Part shown: positions 11,632 to 22,984 of the stretch, in pieces
Layout: the number at the start of each line of letters is the position of its first letter
How positions within the stretch are numbered: position 1 is the first letter of the stretch
Assembly: GCF_000143415.4 (NCBI RefSeq)
Contig: NW_003314294.1
Location: 1,044,416-1,108,415, forward strand
Origin: Selaginella moellendorffii
Lineage: Eukaryota; Plantae; Lycopodiophyta
Direction: 5' to 3'
DNA length: 64,000 bases
Made by a program: the position numbers and the translations under genes
The notes under the pieces: model-generated
Told to the model about the DNA's origin: nothing
Database searches by the model: none
The model's input: the letters and a program-made list of their open reading frames with translations, nothing else

Positions 11632-14094
11632 GTTTGATTCAGATTGTGCTTTTTGCTTTTGCTTTAACTCATTTTGATTATTTGATTGCCTTTGTCTTTT
11701 TTCCCTTTTTTTTTTCTTTCTTCTTGCCGATGGAGTCTCCAAGCCATCCTGATTTCTTTGCCGAAGTCCTTGCAAAAATCCAGTCTAAGAATACCGAGCT
11801 GAAGGTGACCCTTCTTCGCATGCAGCAGAAGCTTGCTTCACTTTCGGCTCAAGGATTTAGCAACGTTCCTGAGCTGAAGGTGAGTTTCCTGGCGAAATTT
11901 TTAGGCAAGCGTTCGGAGCTTCGCGGATTTCTGAACCAAATGGAGCTGATCTTTGCACTTCAACATCAGCGGTACCCCACTCCCGAGTCTCAAATCGGCG
12001 CAATTGGGACGTTGCTCAAAGGTGCAGCTTTGTCATGGTTTTCTCCTCTTCTGGAGAAGAGCATGAAAGGGGTCGTGGTTCCGGAGCTGATGGATCTTCA
12101 ATTGTTCAAAGAGAAGCTCGAAGCATGTTTTGGCGAGACGGATCGGGTTCGGGCTGCTACCACAAAGATGAGACGTCTCTCTCAAGGGTCTTGTCCTGCC
12201 TCGATCTACGCTGCAGAGTTCCAACTCCTTGCCTTGGACACTCAGTGGGATGAGTGGGCTTTGATTGACCAATTTCGTTTCGGCCTCAACAACGGTGTCA
12301 AGGATTTGTTGCTCACCATGGAGGATCCCAAGGACTTGTCAGACGCCATCAACAAAGCTATTTGATGTAACAATCGTCTCTTTGAACGTCGTCAGGAAAG
12401 TCGCCGTGCTGCTGTTTTTCTGTCCCAGACTCAGGAATCCCAGCTTGAGTCTCAGGGCATACTCTTGAACCTACTGCTCCGGTCCCGATGGATATTTTTG
12501 GTACTCCCCGACTCATTAGAGGGAAGTTGAGTCCTGCTGAGAAGCAACGTCAAATATCTCATAATCTTTGCCTCTACTGTGCTGATCCTAATCACAAAGC
12601 AGTTGTGTGTCCCAAGAAGCCTCCCCCACTGCTCGAGTTCACTCTGCCTCAAAGTTCACCTCTATTGCAGTCGGGAAACGACCTTGTCTAAATAGAGTAG
12701 GAGCTGTCTGTTTGGACTCCCTGAATAAAAAACACTTTTCTTCTTTATCAAGCTCCTCACCACCTTTCATCAAAGCCACCACCAATTCCCGCAACTTCTG
12801 CGTCCCATGCCTCCTTTCTTTCACCAGACAATCAGGACTCAAGGCTTTGACGCTACTGGACTCGGGTGCAACTTCCTACTTCATGGACATGGACTTTGCT
12901 GCCCGACATCACGTTCCTCTTTCTCCTACCATACAGGATCTGAGGGTTGAAGGCATCGGTGGGCATTTTGTGTCTCCATCTTCTGGACTTAGGGAAACGT
13001 TGCCCGTTCGAGTACACATCGAGTCCATTGTCACCGATATCGCATTCAACATCATTAACAGCAAGTCCTCCTCTGTGGTGCTTGGTCTTCCTTGGTTCCA
13101 ACTACATCAGCCTCAGATTTGTTGGAAGGAATTACAGCTCATCTCTCCCACATCACCATCTCCCACGGCTTCCCCTGTTGTTCATCGAGTCCGAATCAGG
13201 AAAAGTTCCCTAAACTCAAATCGGGGTTCTGTTCCTAACTCTACGAAGTTTTCACCCTCTTCTTTTTCCTCTCATCCATCTTACACTGGACAGTATCCTC
13301 ATTTTATCATTCCATTTAGTCGTACACCTCCTCCTATCTCCATAATCACTATGAAAGAACTCCTTCATAAAGAACCTATTTTTCTTTTTGCTTTGCATGT
13401 TTTTCCTGTCAGTCTTCCTGAGAAGTATCATGATTTTGGGGATGTGTTTGACAAGAAAAAAGCTAGTGTACTGCCTGTTTATCAGCCTTATGACTATCCC
13501 ATTGATTTACAGGAAGGAGCGTCACCTCCATGGGGGCCTATCTACGGGTTATCCCCGTCCGAGCTTAAGGCCCTCAAAGAGTACGTGGATAAAAACTTTG
13601 CCTCGGGGTACATTCAGCATTTGCAGTCCCCGGCTGGAGCGCCTGTCTTCTTTGTCAAGAAGAAGGATGGGAGTTTGCGGCTAGTCATCGATTACCGAGG
13701 TTTGAACAAGGTGACTATTCAAAACTGTTATCCGCTGCCCCTGATCTCAAACCTGTTGGAACGCCTCGGCGGTGCCCACTTCTTCACCAAGATTGACCTC
13801 CGTGGCGCATACAACCTGATCCGGATCCGGCTTGGTGATGAATGGAAGACTGCGTTCTTAACTCGCTATGGCCACTTCGAGTACACTATCATGCCATTTG
13901 GCTTGACAAATGCTCCAGCAGTTTTCCAACACATGGCGAACGATGTCTTTCGAGAGTTTCTTGATCAGATGGTGATCGTCTACCTTGATGACATCCTCAT
14001 CTACTCAAAAACTCAGGAGGAGCATGACAAACATGTACGCAAGGTGCTGGCAAAGCTGCGAGAACACGGCCTATACGCGAAGCTTGAGAAATGT
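11245..14094 (+). mobile_element. Ty3/gypsy copy 1 (gag with premature stops, protease, RT truncated)
   Basis: gag ORF 11634-12365; pol 12607-14094 with LLDSGA protease, [17 protein letters not shown] and VYLDD RT motifs. Confidence 0.92.
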
Positions 14095-17000
14095 GGCGCC
14101 TCGTCGACCTCAGCTATATTTAGGCTATCCTCGATCCAAGAGTGGTGGAGCTTCATCAACCTATAGTATATATAGGTTAGCCTTGTTCCATTTCTCCACA
14201 ATCTGAATCAATGCCAGTCTAAGGCCTTTTCTTTGTTTCCACTAGCTTTTCTCTTTGTCTTTTTGCATTTTCCAGTCTTGATCTTGTTAGGGGTCTTGAC
14301 AGTTTGATTCAGATTGTGTTTTTTCGTTTTTTGATTTTCGTTTTGATTGTTTGATTACCTTTGCCTTTTTTTCCCCCTTTTTTCTTTCTTCTTGCCAATG
14401 GAGTCTCCAAGCCATCCTAATTTCTTTGCTGAAGTCCTTGCAAAAATCCAGTCTGAGAATACCGAGCTGAAGGCGACCCTTCTTCGCATGCAGCAGGAGC
14501 TTGCTTCACTTTCGGCTCAAGGATCCAGCAAAGTTCCTGAACCGAAGGTGAGCTTCCCAACGAAATTTTCAGGCAAGCGTTCGGAGCTTCGTGGATTCCT
14601 GAACCAGATGGAGTTGATCTTCGCACTTCAACATCGGCGGTACCCTACTCCCGAGTCTCAAATCGGCGCGATTGGGACGTTGCTTGAAGGTGCAGCTTTG
14701 TCATGGTTTTCTCCTCTTCTGGAGAAGAGCATGAAAGGGGTCGTGGTTCCAGAGCTGATGGATCTTCAATTGTTCAAAGAGAAGCTCGAAGCATGTTTTG
14801 GCGAGACAGATCGAGTTCGGGCTGCTATCACAAAGATGAGACGTCTCTCTCAGGGGTCTCGTCCTGCCTCGATCTACACTGCAGAGTTCCAACTCCTTGC
14901 TTTGGACACTCAGTGGGATGAGCGGGCCCTGATTGACCAATTTCGTTTTGGCCTCAACAACAGTGTCAAGGATTTGTTGCTCACCATGGAGGATCCCAAG
15001 GACCTGTCGGATGCCATCAACAAAGCTGTTCGATGTGACAATCGTCTCTTTGAACGTCGTCAGGAAAGTCACCGCGCCGCTATTTTTCCGTCCCAGACTC
15101 AGGAATCCCAGCTTGAGTCTTTGGGGCATACTCCTGAACCTATTGCTCCGGTTCCGATGGATATTTCTGGTACTCCCCGACTCATTAAAGGGAAGTTGAG
15201 TCCTGCTGAGAAGCAACGTCGAATATCTCATAATCTTTACCTCTATTGTGCTTATCCTAATCACAAAGCAGCTGTATGTCCCAAGAAGCCTCCTCGACTG
15301 CTCGAGTTCACTCTGCCTCAAAGTCCACCTCTATTGCAGTCGGGAAACGACCCTGTCCAAACAGAGTAGGAGCTGTCTGTTTGGACTCCCCGAATAAAAA
15401 TCACTTTTCTTCTTTATCAAGCTCCTCACCACCTTTCATCAAAGCCACCACCAATTCCCGCAACTTCCGCGTCCCATGTCTCCTTTCTTTCACCGGACAA
15501 TCAGGACTCAAGGCTCTGGCGTTACTGGACTCGGGTGCAACTTCCTGCTTCATGGACACGGACTTTGCTGCCCGACATCACGTTCCTCTTTCTCCTACCA
15601 TACGGGATTTGAGGGTTGAAGGCATCGGCGGGCATTTTGTGTCTCCATCTTCTGGACTTAGGGAAACGTTGCCCGTTCGAGTACACATCGAGTCCACCGT
15701 CACCGATATCGCCTTCAACATCATCAACAGCAAGTCCTCCTCTGTGGTGCTCAGTCTTCCTTGGTTCCAACTACATCAGCCTCAGATCTGTTGGAAGGAA
15801 TTACAGCTCATCTCTCCCACGGCTTCCCCTACTGTTCATCGAGTCCGAATCAGGAAAAGTTCCCTAAACTCAAATCGGGGTTCTGTTCCTGACTTTATAA
15901 AGTTTTCACCCTCTTTTTTTTCCTCTCTTCCATCTTACACTGGACCGTATCCTCGTCTCATCATTCCATTTAGTCGTCCGCCTCCTCCTATCTCCACAAT
16001 CACTATGAAAGAACTCCTTCATGAAGAACCTCTTTTTCTTTTTGCTTTGCATGTTTCTCCTGTCAGTCTTCCTGAGAAGTATCATGATTTTGGGGATGTG
16101 TTTGACAAGAAAAAAGCTAGTGTACTGCCTGTTCATCGGCCTTATGATTGTCCCATTGATTTACAGGAAGGAGCGTCACCTCCATGGGGGCCTATCTACA
16201 GGTTATCCCCGTCCGAGCTTAAGGCCCTCAAAAAGTACGTGGATGAGAACCTTGCCTCGGGCTACATTCAGCATTCGCAGTCCCCGGCTGGAGCACCTGT
16301 CTTCTTTGTCAAGAAGAAGGATGGGAGCTTGCGGCTAGTCATCGACTACCGAGGTTTGAACAAGGTGACTGTTCGGAACCGTTATCCGCTGCCCCTGATC
16401 TCGGACCTGTTGGAACGCCTCGGCGGTGCCCGCTTCTTCACCAAGATCGACCTCCGTGGAGCATACAACCTGATCCGGATCCGGCCTGGTGATGAATGGA
16501 AGACTGCGTTCTGAAGCCGCTATGGCCACTTCGAATACACTGTCATGCCATTTGGCTTGACAAATGCTCCAGCAGTTTTCCAACACATGGCGAACGACGT
16601 CTTTCGGGAGTTTCTTGATCGGATGGTGATCATCTACCTCGATGACATCCTCATCTACTCAAAAACTCAGGAGGAGCATGACGAACATGTACGCAAGGTG
16701 CTAGCGAAGCTGCGAGAACACGGCCTATATGTGAAGCTTGAGAAATGTTCCTTTGATCAGCAGTCTGTGGAGTTCCTTGGGTACTTTGTCACTCCTGAGG
16801 GTATCACGATGGATCCTGCCAAAGTCAAGACTATTCTCGAATGGGAGCCTCCACAATCAATGTCGGACGTTCAGGTTTTCCTTGGCTTCGCCAACTTCTA
16901 CCGCAAATTCATTGATCTTTACTTTGACATTGTCCTTCCTCTCACACATCTCACTCGCAAGGATGTTCCCTTCTCTTGGTCTGCTGCTGCCCAGCAGGCC

Positions 17001-17755
17001 TTCGACACACTCAAGGCGGCTTTCAGTTCTGCTCCTGTCTTGATCCATGCTGATTCCTCACAACCTTTCTTCATCGAGGCTGACGCCTCCAACTTTGCCA
17101 TTGGTGCTGTGCTGTCTCAACTCGGAGCAGATCACGAACTTCATCCGGTCGCTTTCCATTCTCGGAAATTCCAGCCTACGGAGATCAATTACGAAATCCA
17201 CGACAAGGAGCTCCTTGCCATCGTGGATTCCTTTGGAGAGTGGCGCCGTTTCTTGGAGGGGGCGAGCCATCAAATAACAGTCTGGACGGATCACAAAAAT
17301 CTCGAATACTTTGCCACTTCCCGAGTTTTAAGCTGTCGTCAAGCAAGGTGGGCACAATTCTTGAGTTGGTTTGACTTTGTTATCAAGTACAGACCTGGAA
17401 AGCTTCAAGGCCTTCCTGATGCTCTTTCAAGGCGCTCCTATCTCAATCTCAGGCCTGGTAATCCTGCCTTCAATCAACAAGATCAAGTTATCCTCGGTCT
17501 TGATCGGCTTCAAGTTATGGCAATTTCCCTGGCCCCTCAGGACTCCTCCTTGATGGATGCAATCAGAAACGATCTTCAATCCGATGATCTCGCTAGCTAC
17601 ATTTTCCCCCATCTTCAGGCTGGACACCCAGTGACTCCCGACTACCGGCGATTTGACGAGTTCGAGTTCTTAGATGGCTTATTATACCGTGGGGAGCAGC
17701 TTTATGTTCCTAAAGGTGATGCTTGAAGGTTGGTTCTGATGGCGTGCCACGATAA
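14091..17755 (+). mobile_element. Ty3/gypsy copy 2 (partial LTR, gag, protease-RT-RNaseH, start of integrase; TGA stops at 16512 and 17724)
   Basis: gag 14398-15369 with degenerate CCHC; pol 15276-17726 with LLDSGA, IYLDD, EADAS, DKELLAI, TDHKNL; breaks off at the 'ACHD' zinc-finger start. Confidence 0.93.
15342..15426 (+). promoter_or_regulatory. -1 programmed ribosomal frameshift signal (G GGA AAC slippery site plus predicted H-type pseudoknot)
   Basis: Heptamer at 15342-15348 is in gag phase and pol is in the -1 frame; 6-nt spacer; 11-bp stem 15355-15365/15376-15386; loop AGGAGCT (15368-15374) is complementary to AGCTCCT (15420-15426). Confidence 0.8.
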
Positions 17756-18710
17756 CCAGAGCCAGGGCGGGAGGATCGACATCAAGAGAATGCCGGCGGA
17801 GATGGACGAGGTGAGCAAGAGGAGGATGAGCAAGCTCCTTCGCAAGCACGCCGCGGTGTTTAAGCTCACGTACAAGCACCACAGGGCCCAGGAGTGGATC
17901 GAGCTCAGGGATTTCATGCAAGAGATCATGGAGGCCGAGAGGCAGGCGATCCGTGACAGGGATGAGAAGCTCTCGGTGTCCATCGTGAAGAAAATCTTGA
18001 TGATGTGCAAGGATCGCAGGGCGCCAGTGACTCCGCTCAAGAACTTGAGCAAGAGTGTGCCTTCCCTGTGGATTTTGATGGGTTTCTCCGGAGGTATCCG
18101 GAGGATTTCCGGCTAGCCGGGGGATCCAGAATGGTGGAGCTCGTTTCGTGGGATCAGTCGCTAGCCGTGACTGACAGAGAAAGGGCTGTGGAGGCAGGAA
18201 GAACGCAAAGAATTCTCGGCCCTTGGGCGTTCGTGAGTACGTTTCCAAAGAAGTTCGAGGCGGACAGGATTTTCTGGGAGGAATTCGACAAGTTCCAAAC
18301 ACTTCCAATGCCGTCACCTTACGAAGACCCCGGCAACTCGGCAGATCCAAGCAGTCTGTCTGGAGAGAAGAGACTCCTGGCAGTCTTTCACGAGCTACTC
18401 AGCCTCACGATCGAGAAGAGAGCATCTCTTGCAAAGTTCAAAGGATTCAAGCAGGAGTTGCGGCTGCCAGAGTACTCAGACGCTCTGCTTGCGAGCCACC
18501 CGCGGTTTTTCTACGTCTCAGAGAGCAACTCACGCCAGATGGCGTTTCTCCGCGAAGCTTACCGGGAGAACGATCGGGTGTCCGTGACACGAGTAAAGGA
18601 TCCGCTGGTTACTATAAGGAATCGATACATGGGCCTGCTAAGGGTGGAGTTCAGGGAGCCGCGGGTGAAAAGGCCTTGTGTATTTAGCACAGATGAAAGC
18701 GATAATGAGG
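17756..18710 (+). pseudogene. PORR (plant organelle RNA recognition) domain gene, 5'-truncated by the gypsy element and frameshifted
   Basis: FLRRYP, VELVSWD, FQTLPMPSPYED, EKRLLAVFHELLSLTIEKR, HPRFFYVS, FLREAY and KDPL motifs typical of PORR proteins; split over ORFs 17730 and 18005. Confidence 0.8.
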
Positions 18711-19272
18711 TAAGTTGTTGCTCTATATGTTTTCTATCTCATCTTGGTTTGTTTGGCCATTTGCAGGATTGTGACACAGACGCCGCAGATATACCATGAA
18801 TCGTGAAAGGAGAAAGCGCTCACAAGAGACAGACACTGATCGTTTGAGAGGTATGTTGCTTATTTCTCTTTTTCCTTTGCGGGCAGTGATGACGAGGTCT
18901 CTAGATGTTTTCTATCTCACCTTTTCGTTTCTTTGGCCTTTGCAGGAATGCGACAAGACGCCGCAGATATACGATGAATCGTGGAAGCAGGCATGCGCTC
19001 ACACGTTGATCGTTTTTCCGGTCATGGGAAGGTATGTTGCTCTTCCTTTGCTGCGAGCAGTGATTGACGTTTGTTGGTTATAGAAAGCCAAAGCCGCGAG
19101 CTCCAAACCTGTTCTTGGAGTGACATCTCTTCGTTACCAAATGACCATTTCAATGCCGCTCGGCGGGAAACTGAGGTTAGTCGCAACCGGTTTCTAATCT
19201 TTTAATTTGGAGATTGATTGTGACAGATTCAAGACCACTTGAAAGCATACAACTTCACAGGATAGGATCGAA

Positions 19273-20442
19273 TCAACGTATATAGCGATAAGATCTACAT
19301 AGCGAAAGAAGAACACAGTCCCAGCTACATCGTGACACCAGGTAGTCGCAAACATCCTTGTGCCAAAACTCCATCACCGATTCCCAGAGGCTGGGAACTC
19401 GCTTGGGCAGTGCCACCCTCAGCAAGCCATCGCCAGTCAAGTTGTAGCTCGCCCTGTCCTCCACATACCTGAGAGGGAAGTAAAGCCTGCGAGCAAACAC
19501 TTTGGTGCTCGCTCCTCCGCGCTCCAGCCTCACTGCGTGGCCGCCATCCTCGTCCCGAGCAACGCCGGCTATGGACGCGATGCAGCCAGTCCCTTGCGCC
19601 TCTCCCATGAGCTTCAAGAACCAGTCGCGCTCCATCATGCCCCGGATCTCCCGAGCTGCTGCTGCTTCTTCGCCATCCTTTCCTCCTCCCCCGGACGAGC
19701 AAGTGACTTCCACCTGAGCCGACTGCGCGCCAGGCATCTCCGCGACGATCACGTACGAATCCGGGAGCTCCAAGATGTCCACCAGTGGCGACACTGTGAT
19801 CACGCTCGGGTCATGGACGCAAGCACCAACTTTGGTGGCAACGAGAGCTTCCGGTCGGACGAGTCGATCAGCGTTTTCGATGGTGTGGTCCATGGGCGGA
19901 GCTCGCAGCCCACGAGCCGTGGAATGATCCTCATCACTCCGAGGCTCCAGCTCCACCAAGTCTTGTACTAGCTCGGATCCTGGAACAAGCGGCACCGTCA
20001 CCCGCAAGAGACCATTCTCAATCCGGTGGCTGATCCTGGCCGCGTCGGCGTGCCCGGGGAGGATGAACTTGCGAGCAAACAGCTTGGTGAAAGCACCGCG
20101 ATCACGGACGGAGAACTCGGCTGGCTCCTGGTCGTGGGAGACGCCAGCGATGGAGAAAAGATGAGAGCCCTCTACTGCTTGCACCTTGATTGATACGTCG
20201 CTGCTCGCCACTCCTGGCATCTCCACCAGGATGAGATACGCGCCTTGGAGGCGCACCACGTCGGTGGGAGGAGTCGTCACCACCGTGTCGCCGATGGCGC
20301 AAAGGAACGACATCATTGCGTCCTCTACCTCGACTGTGGCGTTGGAGGAGCTCCCGCAGCCCCGCGCGTGGACGGAAAGGCCATGCTTGCACGCCGCCAC
20401 CGCTGCCGTGAAGAGCGCCAACAGCAATAGCGCCCTTTTCAT
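19273..20442 (-). CDS. Small heat-shock-like protein with predicted signal peptide and two tandem alpha-crystallin (Hsp20) domains
   Basis: Hydrophobic N-terminus MKRALLLLALFTAAVAA. ACD1: PTDVV..VEMPGV..FARKFILPGHAD..ENGLLRVTVP. ACD2: PLVDILELPDSYVIVAEMPG..FARRLYFP..DGLLRVALPK. Confidence 0.82.
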   Translation of the reverse strand: MKRALLLLALFTAAVAACKHGLSVHARGCGSSSNATVEVEDAMMSFLCAIGDTVVTTPPTDVVRLQGAYLILVEMPGVASSDVSIKVQAVEGSHLFSIAGVSHDQEPAEFSVRDRGAFTKLFARKFILPGHADAARISHRIENGLLRVTVPLVPGSELVQDLVELEPRSDEDHSTARGLRAPPMDHTIENADRLVRPEALVATKVGACVHDPSVITVSPLVDILELPDSYVIVAEMPGAQSAQVEVTCSSGGGGKDGEEAAAAREIRGMMERDWFLKLMGEAQGTGCIASIAGVARDEDGGHAVRLERGGASTKVFARRLYFPLRYVEDRASYNLTGDGLLRVALPKRVPSLWESVMEFWHKDVCDYLVSRCSWDCVLLSLCRSYRYIR

Positions 20443-21539
20443 CTTACCCTACATCAAGAGCTTAGCAATTAGGATTATTATAGAAAATGATCGATCAAAC
20501 CTTTTACAAAAAGGATTCCAAGCTTTCAGGAAAGGCAGTACTGTCAAAACACAAGAGCGTTAAGTTGGTGTAAGAAAACAAGCGTTCCGGGCGGTTTTCG
20601 ATCCTCTACAGCCAGCTGTGATACCTGTAAACTTGCGAACTAGATCAGTGGTCGCTTCGCCACCATAAACTCCCTCTTAGGACTCCTGCATGACAAGAAA
20701 GGTAACACTTTGCACAGCCATTTTGCTCCCGCCTCGTCCATGAATCTTGTGCACCATTTTGACACTGTCAATTAAGAGAAAAGCGAAAGAGAACTCGCCC
20801 AACCAAAAACTCACCTCTACTGTGTAATGCCATCCTTTAACAATTCTGCTGCACAGGAGCACCACTTGGTCTTACTCGTCTTGGAAGGGCTTGTTGCACA
20901 CCCCCGAGCAAATCCTTTTGCTCTAACCACGACGGTCCTCGTCGACAAACCAGACGTGTTCCAGGAACCATGGTCTGTGTGGCTGCATATACAACCAAAG
21001 AGTGTCCGCCTAAGGCAGCACGCTTGTCAAGGATAGGGGACCTAATCTGGGATATTGGGACGGGCATAGGGTCGCCTTGCTTGGCGGCATGGGAACTGAG
21101 AAGAAGGAGCAACTAGCACGGATAGCAATGAACAAGCTGGCAGAGAATGTTCAAACCTCTACTGACGGTCATGTGTCTCGAATAGCTGCAATATTGCGGC
21201 GAAAGAGAAGTGTGGAATGATAAGTTGATTTCTATTTTGTCTCTTCAATGCTCTTCTTCCAGTCGGCACTTTTAGAGTTACTCAATGTTATGCTCTCTGC
21301 CAATGGAGGACAAGGCTCAGTCGGCAGAAACATTGCTTGCAATACACTACTGCTAACTAACTGAGCCGTTTCGGAATTTTAGATGTCGAGCCTGGAGCCC
21401 TAAATTTTGAATGGATGCACTTTCTTTTTTTTTTCCTGTGAGATGCAGCCATTCTGTGCACACCCAGCACGCACACCGTGAATCAGCATGGCAGCAAGAT
21501 CTCACATTGGGATTCAATCGAGGCCAGAAGAGCAGTCCA

Positions 21540-21890
21540 GTCCAGGAAACCACATCCTTATCATCGAACAAGAACTTCGCTTCCTCCAAATGCCAAATTT
21601 GGGCATATGCTACGAGCATGCTTGTCCACGTAACCGGGATTCTCTGGGGCACCCAGTTTAACAATCGCCTGGCTTCTTCGGTCAGGCCCATCTGATTCTA
21701 AGCTTAACCCATGGGCCCCCATCTTGCATCGGCATTTTCTGGAACACAATCGCAGCCTCATCCAGGTGCCTCTTCTGGGCATATGCTGCAAGAAGCGCGT
21801 TCCAAGTGAGGCAGTCGATCGAACGTCTTTTTGGCTTCCTCCATGCATCCCTTGCGCGCAAAGGTGATGCGACTGCAGGAGATCCTCCAT
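21540..21890 (-). pseudogene. PLS-class PPR gene fragment
   Basis: TWNALLAAYAQKRHLDEAAIVFQKMP and VTWTSMLVAYAQIWHLEEAKFLFD in broken frames. Confidence 0.75.
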
Positions 21891-22081
21891 TGCGATGCAG
21901 GTTAGCTCTTTCAATTCGCATTCTTCGGTTTCTGAGCTCCAACAACTCCAAATTCTTTGGAAACTTTCTGTGTTGACAAAATACAATAAGAAATAGAAAA
22001 TGAAAGACAATGCATTAACTTGTTTTTATTTTTAAACCACAAAGCAGAATCTTATTATCTGTATACAATCCGTGGGCTCTG

Positions 22082-22755
22082 CTAACCAATTGCGCGTCTG
22101 GTCTGCTCGCTGAGGCGTATAGTGTGCCCATCTTCATGGCCCCATTTGCCAATCCAGTACTGCAAGCCGTGCTCATTGGTCGATTCAGCTGTTGGTCCGC
22201 TGAAGATTGGTCTCATGTACAAGGTATCCATTACGACCTCCTCACTGTTGGCCGGGTTGGGTCGAACTCTGACGCACTGAGCTTGCCTCCACAATGAGAG
22301 ACTGTACTTTCCAAATGTTTTCCTCTCACCTGCAGCAAGCATGCATACGGACATTGATCAAGAGGATCGATATAAGCGGATGAGGCTGATTGAATATACG
22401 TACCAGGTAAGATTTCCACAAAACCCCCTTCAGACTGAAGCTTTTGAGTAATGAAGAGCACGGTGCTGGTTGCCCAACCTGTTGCGGTGGATGCAATTGA
22501 TATACCTGAGATGCTTGCAGCAGCAGCTGTGAAGGCCGCCAAGGCCTCAGTAGAAACAAAGAACACATCGATGACTCCATTAGCAACCAGAGCCGCGCTG
22601 AATGGTGCAGCGGCTCCAGCGGTTGCAACGACAGTGGCAACCGCCGCAAATACAGTGACAACAGTGGTGGCAATACCAATGGCTGCAGTATCAGGGCCTA
22701 CCTTCACAAGGTAAGGGTCGCGAGTGTTGTTGTAGATGGAAATGTAGGAGCCCAT
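22082..22755 (-). CDS. Inverted paralog of the 734-1415 unknown hydrophobic protein; exons 22755-22404 and 22329-22082
   Basis: Near-identical protein; same exon lengths (352 and 248 nt); GT..AG intron conserved. Confidence 0.75.
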
Positions 22756-22984
22756 TGCAAAATTTTGCACCCCAGCAGGCAGGCAATGCTGGCAATGTTG
22801 CTCGAGGAATCCTCATCCTGATATTTAGGGGTGCAAGCGGCATACAAGTTGCTAGTGTAAACAGAACGTGGAAACTCTAGGACATTGACAGGAATGAAAT
22901 GTAACAACAATTGAGAGCGTTGCAGCGTGGGGAAGACGTGGATGCGAGCCTCCAATTCAACATAGCACCACACACCAAATAGAC

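Noticed and set aside
20570-21150. Weak resemblance of - strand fragments to ribosomal protein S11
   Set aside because: Only a few scattered residues match and the frames are broken; not supportable without a search.
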